Source: Ostreococcus lucimarinus (lineage: Eukaryota). From it: a DNA stretch of 64,000 nucleotides. The notes beneath the pieces were generated by a model. That model was not told the origin of the DNA. It ran no database searches and saw only the letters and a list, made by a program, of their open reading frames with translations. Position numbers and translations under genes: made by a program. Each line of letters begins with the position of its first letter. The first letter of the stretch is position 1. The stretch is taken from assembly GCA_000092065.1 (NCBI GenBank), contig CP000581.1. One strand, written 5' to 3'. This document shows, piece after piece, positions 38,712 through 49,430 of the stretch.

Positions 38712-41579
38712 ATGGTGCACGCGAACGCGCGAGGGGCGATGCACGAGGCGGTCGTGCGCGCGGTGCACGGGTTCAAGGGAGGGATGGCGGCGGCGGCGGC
38801 GGCGGGGCGAGACGCGGCGGCGCGCGCGGCGAAGGGGCTCGCGCGCGATGAGGACGTGATGAGCGTGAAAGAGGTCGTGGCTTACTTGAATATGGTGATG
38901 TTTCCGAGGCAGAGCGAGGAGGATGTGTTTTGCGCGCGTCCGGGGTTTGTGATGATGTACGATTTGACGCCGTTGAAGCGCGCGGCGCCGACGACGAAGA
39001 AGCCGCCGGCGAGCAAGTTTGAGGGAGATAATGGTCGCGTGAAAGTTGATCGAGGGCCTTCGGCATCCGCGAGTGGGGCGTCGACGGACGGTGGGGATCG
39101 GAGTGCGGCGCCGGCGCCGTCTGGGGCGGTGACGGCGCCGCGCGCCACGGCGACGAGCGGCGCCACGATTTCGCCGCACATGGAAAAGCTCGAGTTGGCG
39201 CTTCAGGAGACGATGGATAGCGCTTTGCTCGCAGAAGAAGCGCAGTCAAAACTAGAAGCACTGTTGGCGAAAGAACAGAAGTTACAGAGCGAGTTGGCCG
39301 CGACAAAGGTTCCACAGGTAAAGCTCGACTTTTCTGACATGCCGAGCTTCGAACTGGACGCTGAGGCGAGGGAATACAAGGGAGATCCCGACGACAGACG
39401 AGAAATTTTAGCGCATAGGAAGCGAATTGAGAAGGAAAGCGACCGTTTGGCGGTCGCCAAAGAAAAATGGATCGCGGGTAGAAGGAAGGAGGCGAAGCAG
39501 GCGGCGAAAGTACAAGCGAATGCGACGAGGAACGTGAAGCTGAGTGCTCTCAGAGGAGAAATCGCGCAGGCGAAAAAGGCAGTGCAGCAAACATTTTCCG
39601 TGGCGACTTCTCACGCGAAAAAGTTAGAGCGCCTTCGTTCGAGAGCAACTGCAGCACAGCAGCATGAAGCCGAGCTGGCGAGCAGAAAGAGAGAAGCTGA
39701 AGCCTACCGTGCGCAGCAGCAGCAGGAACGAGCGGCGAAAAAGTCAAAGATTCAGCTCGAACGCGAAGCTCAGAAGTTACAAGACGCCGAACGCAAACTC
39801 AAAGAGGCGGAGCAGCGAGCCAAAGTGAGAGCAGAGGCGGCTCGCTACCCTATGGATGATAACGAGCTCGTCGCATACGACGCGGCGCAAGCGAAAGAAC
39901 AAAATCGCGACCCTTGGCCCGCCGTCGCGAACGGGACGGCGTGGAAGCCATCCGCGGTAGATGTCTCGCAGATGCAAATTTGCGAATTCTTTAGCACATT
40001 TGGACGTATTCTAAAACCGAGCGTGGACGAATTCGGGGTAGAGTACCTGAACACTATTCTGGATGATTCCGACTTGACAAAACTTTCGAAGTTGTACGTA
40101 TCCTTGCTTCGAGTGGCCGTGACGACGACGACGTACGGAATCGAGGCCCTCGTGAAGACGTGGTCGGACGCTTTGGAGTTTAGTGGTACTTTCCCTGAAA
40201 TCATGAAGCAATTTGCCAAGGAAAAGAGCCGGGTTGGACAGATCGATGCCGTTACGCTGAGTACGATTAACGCGCTCACAGAGAAGCGAATAGGCATGTT
40301 CACGCCTGAGGAGCACACGCGCGTGCTCGATTGGTTGTGTGGTGAATGTTTTGAGGCGCCGGAAGTCAACAAAGAAGTCAATCGACGCGTAAAGGCGCTT
40401 GAAGATTTGTCGAAGGAAAAAGAGAGTGATAAGGCGATCGAAAATGCATTCGAGAAAGAGTACAAGAAACTTGCGCCACAATTACGCGATGCGAACGCGC
40501 TCGTCAAAAATGCATCCGACGAGCTCATCCAAAAAGTTCAGGCTCACGAAGCTTTGATAACTCTACCGCAGTCTGACGTCGAAGTGCCAACCGAGTTGCA
40601 ATCTGATGTTCGCGCATTCCTTGAGGCGCGATCGCTTCTCAAAGAGACGGAGGCGAAAAAGAATGAAATAGCGGCCCAGGCTGCTAAACGTCGTCGACAG
40701 TTTCAAGAAGAACGCATTCGATCGAATTGTTTGGGTCAAGACCGCAACGGCACGAAGTATTACTGGAATCTATCGTATAGCTCGGGCGCATTGCTTGCTA
40801 TCCATGTCGATGGTACCTGGTCAAAACTTACTACAGAGCAGCAGCTACGTGAATGGAGCAAATCCTTGAACACAAAAGGTATTCGTGAGCATCGACTACA
40901 CAAGAACGTAGCTGAGATTCGCGCCGAACTCGTCGCCGCGTTTAGGCAGGCTGAATTGGAAGCCATGAACGCCTTCCCAAAGTCGAGTCAGCGAACGAAA
41001 GTTGAGAGATGGAACGAAATCGCTGCGCGAGAGACACTTTCGATGGAAGGTGCGAAGAGGATCATCCAACTGTTAATGGCTGATGTGGTAAATTGCGAGG
41101 TATCCGCGCCCGACGGCACCATGTCTGGATGGAGAATCTGGGGCAGAGAGTTGGAGAAAACCACAGAGCTTACTGAGATGATACGATACTTGATGCAAAT
41201 CGAGGAGGCAATGGTCGAAATGTGCGATCTCCCTAGAGACGTTACCGCGAAGGATGCGAACGGTTCGGCGATCAACGCATCGAACGAGCGTCTCATGGCG
41301 AGCCACGAGTGGTGGGAGCTTATCATTCCGTCGGATGAGAAGAAGGCGGGAAAACGGCTGTGGCGCACAAATCAAGAGCGCGCCATCTGGCAAGAGGCCA
41401 TGTCCACATCTGACACGTATGCACGCATTGCTTACGGCGCCGCAATGCTGGAATCGTATTCTAGACCACTTTTTGAATTTCTCGAGAACATCAAGAAGAG
41501 AGCGAAACGCGAATCCAGTCGATTCGCCGATTACACATCATACGACGATGGCTATGATTCTTACGGACAACGCACGTAA
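38712..41579 (+). CDS. DDT-domain / WHIM-motif chromatin protein (BAZ/RLT/DDP-like accessory subunit of ISWI-type remodellers)
   Basis: ATG at 38712. DDT-like block VSQMQICEFFSTFGRILKPSVDEFGVEYLNTILDDSDLTKLSKLYVSLLR. Long coiled-coil region. WHIM2-type motif RIRSNCLGQDRNGTKYYWNLSYSSGALLAIHVDGTW. Confidence 0.65.
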   Translation: MVHANARGAMHEAVVRAVHGFKGGMAAAAAAGRDAAARAAKGLARDEDVMSVKEVVAYLNMVMFPRQSEEDVFCARPGFVMMYDLTPLKRAAPTTKKPPASKFEGDNGRVKVDRGPSASASGASTDGGDRSAAPAPSGAVTAPRATATSGATISPHMEKLELALQETMDSALLAEEAQSKLEALLAKEQKLQSELAATKVPQVKLDFSDMPSFELDAEAREYKGDPDDRREILAHRKRIEKESDRLAVAKEKWIAGRRKEAKQAAKVQANATRNVKLSALRGEIAQAKKAVQQTFSVATSHAKKLERLRSRATAAQQHEAELASRKREAEAYRAQQQQERAAKKSKIQLEREAQKLQDAERKLKEAEQRAKVRAEAARYPMDDNELVAYDAAQAKEQNRDPWPAVANGTAWKPSAVDVSQMQICEFFSTFGRILKPSVDEFGVEYLNTILDDSDLTKLSKLYVSLLRVAVTTTTYGIEALVKTWSDALEFSGTFPEIMKQFAKEKSRVGQIDAVTLSTINALTEKRIGMFTPEEHTRVLDWLCGECFEAPEVNKEVNRRVKALEDLSKEKESDKAIENAFEKEYKKLAPQLRDANALVKNASDELIQKVQAHEALITLPQSDVEVPTELQSDVRAFLEARSLLKETEAKKNEIAAQAAKRRRQFQEERIRSNCLGQDRNGTKYYWNLSYSSGALLAIHVDGTWSKLTTEQQLREWSKSLNTKGIREHRLHKNVAEIRAELVAAFRQAELEAMNAFPKSSQRTKVERWNEIAARETLSMEGAKRIIQLLMADVVNCEVSAPDGTMSGWRIWGRELEKTTELTEMIRYLMQIEEAMVEMCDLPRDVTAKDANGSAINASNERLMASHEWWELIIPSDEKKAGKRLWRTNQERAIWQEAMSTSDTYARIAYGAAMLESYSRPLFEFLENIKKRAKRESSRFADYTSYDDGYDSYGQRT

Positions 41580-41656
41580 TGATGGTATTATATTAGAAAT
41601 AGAATGGGAATAGAACGAACTGTAAAGATACGGCGAGAAATTCAGTTACAACAGTT

Positions 41657-43591
41657 CTAAGCCACTGTGAGATGCGACTTGAACTCCGACATCGTGAGCG
41701 CGGCCGCGTTGAGCGCCTCGACGCGCTTGCGCGTCTGCTGGCGCATCGCAGCTATTTCAGGATCCTCAGCGAGTAGGTTCCGCATGATACCAGGCTGATA
41801 CAACTTGCCGATCAAGTGCTGTCTCAATCCTCGACTGATAGAGTTCACCAAGAAGTGCATCACAGCCTTGGGCACCATGTCCGCGAGGATGCCACGAGAG
41901 ATGCTAAAGTAGCTCTCGAGCAACGTCCGCGTCACCATAACTTGTAAAAACTCTTCCGGAGTCTCGCATTGGTGCGCGTTGAGCTTTTTCGGCGGAGATT
42001 GAAGCTTGACCGTACCGTTTTCGATGCTATAATGTCGCTTTGATGGGCTCAACATGCCACTAATCCACTGTCCGGTCTTTTCCATCGTCGTAGGTTTCGC
42101 GCCGACGTTTTCCTTGTCGGCGCCCTTCTTCTTGTTCTTGTCCTTTCCGGGAACGTCTGGCGCCTCTTCGTCTTCCTCTTCTTCGCCGGCGCGTCTCTTC
42201 AAAGCCTTTTGCGCGAGAATCAACGCATCTGGTCCACCGATAAAATCTGGGTGAGATGTGTTGATGTGCGCCAACTGGCACTCCACGAGATTTACGATCA
42301 TGTCCAGCGCAGGTCGCAAGCCTTGTCTCAAATACTCCTTGCACGATTGCTCCAACGCTTGTCCGAGACGCGGGTACACGCTGGTCACATCCTTCGTCAA
42401 GTTTGCCAATGCCATGCTGCACAGTTCGTCGTGAACCAATGACGCACACTGCTTGCATGGTTCCAACATCTTCTCGATGCACTGTCTCGCGAGTTGTTCA
42501 AACGGTTCCTCCGGGACGAGGAGTACGGCCTTCGTGCCGGCAGTGTTCTGAATCTTGGTACGAATGTGCTCATCCGTCATGGATGCCGTAGGGTTGAGTT
42601 CAAGTAAACCCTTTACGAAAATCTCTTGCAAAACGTAGTGAATGCGCGCACCACCCTCTAACACGTCGATGCTCAGCTTTGCGCTACGCCCCTCGACGGC
42701 GGCTTGTAAGCCGGCGGCGTACTTTTCGAGTTTCGCAAGCACGAGAGCTGCGCGTTCCGATTCACTTTCGGGCGCGTCTGGTCCAAGCAGTTCTAACTCC
42801 TTTTCAGCCTCCGATCTTTCGCGCATGATGCGAACTTGTAAATCCGGCAACAAAGCGGCGATGTGGTCGGCCAGCAAGCTGCTTACGTTTTTACTCAACG
42901 AATGAACGCCACAGTTTTTGATGACCTCCTTGTATTCGGGCTTTGACGCGAAGAACTCGGCCTCCAGCTTTCGAGCGTGGTGAATCGTGCGACGCTCCGC
43001 GATGTCTGCCTGACATCGGTTCACGACACCGACGTATCCCAAACGCAAAGGTACGACTTCGCCTTTCAAATACTTGACGGCGTTCGTGCCTCGGTCCATG
43101 ATGTCGAGCTTGGTGATGACGCCGAGCGTTCGCTTACCCTCCGGATCCACTTGCTTCGACAGCGTCAACGCATCACTGTTCGCGAGATCCGAGTTCGCGG
43201 GCGTCACCGCCAAAATCAAGCACGTTTCCTTCTTGATGTAGCTCAAAATCATGTTGCGAATCTGCGTCTCAATGTCCTCCGGCTGGTCGCCCACGGCGAC
43301 GCGCGTAATTCCAGGAAGATCGACCAACGTCATCGTCAGCACGTTCGGCGAGCAAATCTTCAGCCGGATTTGCTTGTTACTCACGCCTTTGTTGTTTCCC
43401 GTCGTTCTGTCAGTCTCAGCCTGAATCTCCTCTCGAATTTCCTCAAAATCCGTGTACGTTCGCCCGGGCTGGTGCAAAAACTCGCCCCATTCCTCTGGTT
43501 CGCCGCGAACCGCCGGCGTGTGCACGAGCTGCAGCAAAAGCGGTCGTCGCGTGCAAATATCCGGTCCACGCGGCAAGAAATCTCGTCCAAC
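41657..43591 (-). CDS. DRP1: Dynamin-related GTPase (Dnm1/DRP1-like), exon 2
   Basis: Begins V GRDFLPRGPDICTRRPLLLQL, continues through G2-G4 motifs (LTMTLVDLPGITRV, TKLD), the middle domain and a GED (IAAMRQQTRKRVEALNAAAL). The acceptor cag (plus ctg at 43592-43594) follows a 128-bp intron. Confidence 0.85.
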   Translation of the reverse strand, partial: VGRDFLPRGPDICTRRPLLLQLVHTPAVRGEPEEWGEFLHQPGRTYTDFEEIREEIQAETDRTTGNNKGVSNKQIRLKICSPNVLTMTLVDLPGITRVAVGDQPEDIETQIRNMILSYIKKETCLILAVTPANSDLANSDALTLSKQVDPEGKRTLGVITKLDIMDRGTNAVKYLKGEVVPLRLGYVGVVNRCQADIAERRTIHHARKLEAEFFASKPEYKEVIKNCGVHSLSKNVSSLLADHIAALLPDLQVRIMRERSEAEKELELLGPDAPESESERAALVLAKLEKYAAGLQAAVEGRSAKLSIDVLEGGARIHYVLQEIFVKGLLELNPTASMTDEHIRTKIQNTAGTKAVLLVPEEPFEQLARQCIEKMLEPCKQCASLVHDELCSMALANLTKDVTSVYPRLGQALEQSCKEYLRQGLRPALDMIVNLVECQLAHINTSHPDFIGGPDALILAQKALKRRAGEEEEDEEAPDVPGKDKNKKKGADKENVGAKPTTMEKTGQWISGMLSPSKRHYSIENGTVKLQSPPKKLNAHQCETPEEFLQVMVTRTLLESYFSISRGILADMVPKAVMHFLVNSISRGLRQHLIGKLYQPGIMRNLLAEDPEIAAMRQQTRKRVEALNAAALTMSEFKSHLTVA

Positions 43592-43719
43592 CTGCGCGCG
43601 TATCATCGTCATCACCATCGTCAGTCATCCTTTTCCGCGGCGCGTCCGTTCGTATCTTCCCCCCGCGCGCGCGTTCGCATCTTCCGTCACCCTCGCCCCG
43701 CGTCGCGCGTCGCACGCAC

Positions 43720-43920
43720 CAGCGCCTCCAACACGCTCGATTTCCCACTCGACTGCGAGCCGACGACGGCGATGCAGGGCAAATCGACCAGTTTCGAGCC
43801 GCGAACGCCCGCGCTCGCGAAGATGTCTTGTAAACGGTTGACGAGCGGGACGAGACCGGCGCCGAGCGTGTGCTCGCGCGCGCCGCTCGAGCGCATCGAC
43901 GCGCGCGCGTTGAGCGACAT
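43720..43920 (-). CDS. DRP1: Dynamin-related GTPase, exon 1 (P-loop)
   Basis: [67 protein letters not shown], then |GTGCGT donor. The junction restores the dynamin sequence ...[16 protein letters not shown]. The intron has ACTGAC 28 nt before its acceptor. Confidence 0.85.
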
Positions 43921-44139
43921 AATGCGTTCGTTCGTGCGTGACTCGCGTTCGCGACGACTGGGGTCGATCGCGGTCGACGAGCGTCGCGATGTCGCGAAGG
44001 ATTGGGACAGGTGTCGAACTAGGGGTAAGAACTGAACGCGACACGTGGCGCGTTCGCGAAGCGCGACGCTTCGGACGCGCGCGCGCGAATCGAGGGATGC
44101 CGCTGGGATGAATACAATGCGGGTATAATGAATGATGAA

Positions 44140-45780
44140 TCACGTCAGGACGATGGCGAGACGCTGCCCGTCGATCGGGGCGAACGCGGCGAGAGGTTCG
44201 AAGTCGGGCTCGAGGGAGACGCGCGAGGCGTCCGGAGCGACGAGGAAGATCTCGGCTTGGGAGACGTCGAACTTGAACAGCTTGGCGCAGAATAGCTTGA
44301 GCTTTGCGATCGCCGTGGTCTTGGGGAGCTTTTTAGTCATCGTTTGGCCGGTGGATTCGAGGCAAAGGACGAGGTCGACGGAGGCGCTCGCGAGCGTGCC
44401 CGAGCCGGGCGCGCGCGCGGCGTGTGTGACCAAATCACCATGCTTCGCCACAAGCGCGTCGACTCGAGGATTCTCCTCAGTCACGCGTACCCGGGCGCTG
44501 TCGCCCTCGATTGATACTTCCTTGAGCTGTTGAAGCACGCGACGCAAATATCGAATCTCGGAGTCTTTGCGCTCGGCGGTGGAAACCGTGGACCCGTTCA
44601 GCGCGACGAGCTTGTCCACGCGGGCGATTATTTCGTGCCGCGATGACGACGCGCTCGCGAACGGGTTGCCGCTCAGTCGCACGTCCTCGAGCTTGGGGAA
44701 CGCATTCAGCGCGTCGACGGATGACCACGCGCTCAGCGCGTTGTCGCCGAGGAGCAACGTCTTGAGCGCCGAAAACGCGCGCGACGGTCGGATTTCCGCC
44801 AGCGCATTCTGCGACGCGTGCAGTTTCTCAAGCCAAGGTAACTGTCGTCCAAGCTCTTCGATCTCACTCCAGTCGCTCAGGGCGTTCCCATCGACGCTCA
44901 GCTTTCGCAACTTTGGAAAGACGTTCGCGCCGTCGTCGATGTCCATCGCGAACGAAGAAATATTATTTCCGTTCAAGTGCAGTTCCTCGATTTCGGGCAT
45001 CAACGAGCTCAACGCTCGCACATCCCGCCACTTTACCATCGAATCATTCAACACGAGCACTTTCAACTTCTCGAAACGCGCGCACATCGACGACGCCTTC
45101 GTCCAGTCGCCGAGCCGAATCCCGCTCAAATCCAACGCCTCCAACGTCGGGAACTCTTCCCCTATCCTCGCGACGTCCTCCACGGACGTCAACAGACTCC
45201 CCGCTAAACCTAACACTCGCAGCGCCCCCGCGCACGCGCTCGCCTCGCCTCTCGCCCCCATCGTCTCCACTCTCGCGTGATCGACGTACGCGCGCGTCAT
45301 CGATTTCAACCGTCTCGCCGTCGCCGCCGCGTCCATCGTCGCCTCTTCCTCCGTCTCGCACAGCTCCACGCGCATCACTCGCCCCCTCGCCGTCCGTATG
45401 CACATATCGTCCCCTCCACCGTTCCCATCGCCGCCGCGTTCGCCGTCATCCGCGCTCGCGTCGTCTCGCGCGTACCGTCCTCGAAGCGCCTCCGCGAACG
45501 TCCTTCCTCGCGCGATCTTGTGCGCGCGCACCATCGACGCGCGCCGCGCGCCCCTTCCGTCGTCCGCACCGCCCGCGCCCGCGTCCTCGTCGCGCGCCTC
45601 GCACGAAAAGTACCGCACGCCGTCGACGACGCCGTCGTGCCGCCCGCGGTCGTCGTCGTCAAACTCGACGCCGATCCACGTCCCCGCGCGTTCGCCCACC
45701 GCGCCGACGTACCGCACGACGCCGCGCGCGCCGTCCTCGCCGAGTTCCACGCGCGCGCCCACGCGCGGGATCGACGCCAT
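44140..45780 (-). CDS. TBCE: Tubulin-folding cofactor E (CAP-Gly, LRR, ubiquitin-like domain)
   Basis: Internal ATG at 45780 (MASIPRVGARVELGEDGARGVVRYVGAVGERAGTWIGVEFDDDDRGRHDGVVDGVRYF is a CAP-Gly domain). LRR block LDLSGIRLGDW...LHLNGNNISSF...LSVDGNALSDW. C-terminal UBL. The ORF's Arg-rich extension to 46605 is rejected. Confidence 0.75.
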   Translation of the reverse strand: MASIPRVGARVELGEDGARGVVRYVGAVGERAGTWIGVEFDDDDRGRHDGVVDGVRYFSCEARDEDAGAGGADDGRGARRASMVRAHKIARGRTFAEALRGRYARDDASADDGERGGDGNGGGDDMCIRTARGRVMRVELCETEEEATMDAAATARRLKSMTRAYVDHARVETMGARGEASACAGALRVLGLAGSLLTSVEDVARIGEEFPTLEALDLSGIRLGDWTKASSMCARFEKLKVLVLNDSMVKWRDVRALSSLMPEIEELHLNGNNISSFAMDIDDGANVFPKLRKLSVDGNALSDWSEIEELGRQLPWLEKLHASQNALAEIRPSRAFSALKTLLLGDNALSAWSSVDALNAFPKLEDVRLSGNPFASASSSRHEIIARVDKLVALNGSTVSTAERKDSEIRYLRRVLQQLKEVSIEGDSARVRVTEENPRVDALVAKHGDLVTHAARAPGSGTLASASVDLVLCLESTGQTMTKKLPKTTAIAKLKLFCAKLFKFDVSQAEIFLVAPDASRVSLEPDFEPLAAFAPIDGQRLAIVLT

Positions 45781-46254
45781 GCGGGCGTCGCGCTGTGCCG
45801 TCGCGTTGACCGACGCGACGCGTCGATGCGATCGATCGATCGATTCAATCACAAAACGAGCGACGCCGCGCCGTCGCGCGCGCGCGACGCGTCGACGCGT
45901 CGACGCGTCGGTCGGCGCGATCACGCCGCGCGCGACGCGAGCGCGTCGACGCGCGCGGCCGCGTCGCGGAGCGCGTCGTCGAGCGCGCGCGCGGCGTCGA
46001 GCGCGCACTCGCACTCGAACGCGCGCGGCGAATCGTCGCGCGCGGAATCCTCGCGCGCGAGCTCCACGCGCAGGACGCCCGCGACGTCGTCGCGCGCGTC
46101 GACCGCGTCGCCGTCGTCGCGCGCGCGGCGCGCGAGGACGTGCTCGACGCGCGTCGTCGCGCGCGCGAGCGCGGGCGTCGCGGACATTCGCGCGTCGCGC
46201 ACTGACGACGCGACGCGACAGCGCGACGCGACGCGGCGACGCCGAGCGCGCGCG

Positions 46255-47382
46255 ATGCGGGTCGTGGTGTTCGGCTCGGGGTCGTTCGGCACCGCGATGG
46301 CGAGCGTCGTGGCGAGGAACGCGCGCGAGGTGGTCATCGTGACGCGACGCGAGGACGTCGCGCGCGGGATAAACGACGCGCGCGCGAATCCGAGCCATCT
46401 GAGCGCGTTCGAGCTCGCGGCGAACGTCACGGCGACGACGGACGCGGACGAGGCGCTGCGAGGGGCGGACGCGATCGTGCACGCGATACCGATGCAGGGG
46501 ACGGAGGAATTCTTGATTGGCGTGCGGGACGCGGTGCGGGCGAGCGGCGCGCTCTTCGTGAACACGAGCAAGGGACTGCGCTCGGACACGCTTGAACTCA
46601 TGCACGAGGTGCTGGAGCGAGTGCTAGGGAGGGAACATCCGTGCGCGTTCTTCGGAGGACCGACGTTCGCGACGCAGTTGATGGACGGGACGCCGAGCGG
46701 CGGCGTCATGGCGGCGAAGGATTTGGCGCTCGCGAAACGCGCGGCGGCGTTGTTTTCGGGACCGAAGATGCGGGTGTATCCGAGCACGGACGTCGTGGGC
46801 GTGGAGATAGGCGGTGCGTTGAAGAATGTGATCGCGATCTTAGCGGGAGGGCTGGAGGGGATGGGGTTGGGGGTGAACGCGCAGACGTTGTTGGTGACGC
46901 GCGGATGCCGAGAGATGACGCGCCTGGGCGTCGCGATGGGGGCGAAGGAACACACGATGGCGGGGCTTTCGGGGATCGGTGACTTGATGCTGACGTGCTT
47001 GGGCGATGCGTCGCGCAATAAAGCCGTGGGAATCGCGTTCGGGCGAGGGAAGAAGATTCAAGATATTCTCAACGAACGCGCGCAGTCGCTTCAAGGCGTC
47101 GCCGAGGGCGTCGCCACGGCGCCCGCGGCGGAGCGCCTGGCTGAAAAGCTCGGTGTTTCGGCGCCCATGATGTCCACGTGCGCGCAGTGTCTACGCGGCG
47201 AACTCGACGCGAAGGGTGCGTTGGAGCAGTGCATGTCGCTGCCCATCAAGGAGGATGCACCGCTCGAGGAGAGAAAAAGCCTGTCGGAAAAGGCACGGCC
47301 GTTCGCGTCGCACGTCGTCGCCGCGCTCGCGGGCGCGCTGACGGCGACGGTTATGGGCGCAGGCAGGCGGCGCCGATCGTGA
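46255..47382 (+). CDS. GPD1: NAD-dependent glycerol-3-phosphate dehydrogenase (GpsA/GPD1 family)
   Basis: MRVVVFGSGSFGTAMASVV (GxGxxG Rossmann motif), GALKNVIAILAGG and LGDLMLTCLG signatures. An in-frame upstream ATG at 45826 would add a 143-aa Ser/Ala/Arg-rich transit-peptide-like extension; that is unresolved. Confidence 0.8.
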   Translation: MRVVVFGSGSFGTAMASVVARNAREVVIVTRREDVARGINDARANPSHLSAFELAANVTATTDADEALRGADAIVHAIPMQGTEEFLIGVRDAVRASGALFVNTSKGLRSDTLELMHEVLERVLGREHPCAFFGGPTFATQLMDGTPSGGVMAAKDLALAKRAAALFSGPKMRVYPSTDVVGVEIGGALKNVIAILAGGLEGMGLGVNAQTLLVTRGCREMTRLGVAMGAKEHTMAGLSGIGDLMLTCLGDASRNKAVGIAFGRGKKIQDILNERAQSLQGVAEGVATAPAAERLAEKLGVSAPMMSTCAQCLRGELDAKGALEQCMSLPIKEDAPLEERKSLSEKARPFASHVVAALAGALTATVMGAGRRRRS

Positions 47383-47437
47383 GTTACGAATTGCGAGTTG
47401 TGTATCAAGTATCATTGCTATCCCCTATCAACTAATT

Positions 47438-48487
47438 TCATTTGTCCTCGAGCGTTTTCATCGAAAAGATCTTCGTGAGCACCTCGTGAGCGTCGTCGAC
47501 GACGCGCAACGTAGTCTCCGTGCCGAGACCGCCGTCGCTCGCAAAATCTAAGAGATATTCGCACACGCGTGCGACATCGGCTCGATTCTCTGGAACCATG
47601 GTCTTGAGCGTACGAAGGTGACTCGACACGCGAGACATTGACTCGGTCATCGCGCGGGTATCTTTTTGATAATTCTTCAGCTCGGCGATGACAGCCTCGT
47701 CATCTGCATCTTTGATCGCGTCTGCGGCGGCGTACGTGTTCAACTTCATCACACGCACGGAGCATGCGACCGAAAGGCGCAATATAAGCGCTCTCAAGGC
47801 CATGCAACGGAAGCTAAAGTCGGCATTCCGTCCCATTTCAGTCGCGTAGCACGTCGAGCAAACCTTTTCGACAAACAAGGCGAAATCGACGTCGCCGCGA
47901 TAGTTCATCTTCTTCTTTTCCTGATCGCTTGTTCGCGCCGCCGCCTCAACGAAACTTATCACGCTCTCGGCGTACGTCTTCATCATGCGCAGCTTTGTCG
48001 CGGGATCATTCTTCTCCTTTCTCGCCGCCCACAAACCGTCCGCAAACTTTTTCAACGCCTTCGCATCTGCGTGCGGATTTCCATTGCCACCCATCCCACT
48101 TTCGATCCCACCCCCAACGCGTTCGCACGCGACCATGTTTTCGTTCTGGTCGCTACTTTTCGTCGCGCTCGGCGTCGGTGCGCCATCTCGCGTCACCGCG
48201 TCGTCCCGTTCCGACGTCTCCGGCGTCGTCTTCTTCGCCACTCGCCCTCGTCCCCACGACCCGTACGAGCTCGCGCTCGGCGTGCTCGCGCCGTGCGCTC
48301 CCGGCGGCGTGGATTGATTCTCTCGCTCGTCGTCGTCGTCGTTGCCGACGTCATCGCCGCAGCACAGCTCGCCCTCTTCCATCGGGCGTCGTCGCTTTTG
48401 AATTTTGAATCCACGAGATTTTAAATCCATCGCGCGCGCGTCCGCGTCGAGCGGCGTCGCGAGCTCGACGAGCGCTGCGGACGACAT
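47438..48487 (-). CDS. Hypothetical protein (conserved-looking C-terminal half, no domain recognised)
   Basis: Internal ATG at about 48487 (MSSAALVELATPLDADARAMDLKSRGFKIQKRRRP...). The C-terminal region is compositionally normal (KALKKFADGLWAARKEKNDPATKLRMMKTYAESVISFVEAA...). Confidence 0.4.
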   Translation of the reverse strand: MSSAALVELATPLDADARAMDLKSRGFKIQKRRRPMEEGELCCGDDVGNDDDDERENQSTPPGAHGASTPSASSYGSWGRGRVAKKTTPETSERDDAVTRDGAPTPSATKSSDQNENMVACERVGGGIESGMGGNGNPHADAKALKKFADGLWAARKEKNDPATKLRMMKTYAESVISFVEAAARTSDQEKKKMNYRGDVDFALFVEKVCSTCYATEMGRNADFSFRCMALRALILRLSVACSVRVMKLNTYAAADAIKDADDEAVIAELKNYQKDTRAMTESMSRVSSHLRTLKTMVPENRADVARVCEYLLDFASDGGLGTETTLRVVDDAHEVLTKIFSMKTLEDK

Positions 48488-48617
48488 GTTATTTCGTACG
48501 CGCGATCTGTTCGCGGTCGCGGCGCGCGCGTGCGTCGGGCGCGCGCGGGTGTGGCGAGGCCCGTGGCGTCGAGCGCGACTGTAACTGTCTGCGGCGCTAA
48601 ACTCAAATACGCTATAG

Positions 48618-49430
48618 TCAAATCCCGCCGCTAAGCGCGCGCATGGAGCCGTGGAGCTCATCGATGAACGCCAGCCACGATCGACACTTGTCGACGTCGG
48701 TTTCATCGCGCAGAGCGCCGCGAGCCTGCGCGAGTTTTTCTTCCAGGGCGCGAAGCGTCCTGAGCGACGACTCCTCGATTTCGTCGTCCACGCGCGATTG
48801 CCTACCGACGCGACTCTTTCCGTCGCGCGCGGCCGCCGTACCCGGAGGTGGTTTTGGCGCCGAAACCGTCGCCCCCATCGCGCGCGTCGCGCTCTCGCCC
48901 TTTCGAACGAACATTTCGTGGCGAACGCAAAACGATTCGCCCGCCCGGTTCCGCACGAGCGGCGCCGAGCACGACGACACCGGGCACACATCGTTCGTCA
49001 GCGTCCAACCCATGAGCATTTTCTCCGCGACGCGTCCCGACACGTCCACGACGCCGTCGCGCAGGACCAAGCCGTCGATCCCGCCGTCGATGCGCGTCGC
49101 GTCCTCGCGCGCCGACGGCGACCTCGCGTCGTCCGCGTCGCCGTCCTCCTCCTCCGACGTCCCGACCTCGCGCGCGCGCGCGCCGTCGCGATCACGCGCG
49201 TCCTCGTCCTCGTCGCTCTCCGCCTCCCACGCGTCCACCGCGCCGCTCCGCGCGCCGTGCTCGACGTCGTCGAGTCGCACCGACGCGTCGCCACCGGCGC
49301 AGTAAAACGTCGCGTCCGTCGCGCGCTCGCGCATCAGCGGCGTCCCGCACCGGGCCACCGGGCAGCGCTCTGCCGTGAGCGTCCATCCGCGCAGCAGTCG
49401 CGCGGCGATGCGCGCGGAGGCGTCGCTCAT
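48618..49430 (-). CDS. Zinc-ribbon protein with two Auto_anti-p27 (SSSCA1-like) repeats
   Basis: True ATG at 49430. Two copies of the p27 signature are present (LLRGWTLTAERCPVARCGTPLMRER..FYC and MLMGWTLTNDVCPVSSCSAPLVRNRAGESFCVRHE). Confidence 0.5.
   Translation of the reverse strand: MSDASARIAARLLRGWTLTAERCPVARCGTPLMRERATDATFYCAGGDASVRLDDVEHGARSGAVDAWEAESDEDEDARDRDGARAREVGTSEEEDGDADDARSPSAREDATRIDGGIDGLVLRDGVVDVSGRVAEKMLMGWTLTNDVCPVSSCSAPLVRNRAGESFCVRHEMFVRKGESATRAMGATVSAPKPPPGTAAARDGKSRVGRQSRVDDEIEESSLRTLRALEEKLAQARGALRDETDVDKCRSWLAFIDELHGSMRALSGGI

Noticed and set aside
46201-46254. ACTGACG upstream of the GPDH ATG as an intron
   Set aside because: No GTGCG-type or other convincing donor in the preceding 400 nt. 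The frame is open through the motif, so it is treated as a possible coding or leader sequence instead.
45781-46605. Arg-rich 5' extension of the TBCE ORF (ORF track start at 46605)
   Set aside because: TBCE homologues begin directly with the CAP-Gly domain, which here starts at the internal ATG 45780. The upstream 275 codons are R/A-only and overlap the plausible GPDH leader on the other strand.
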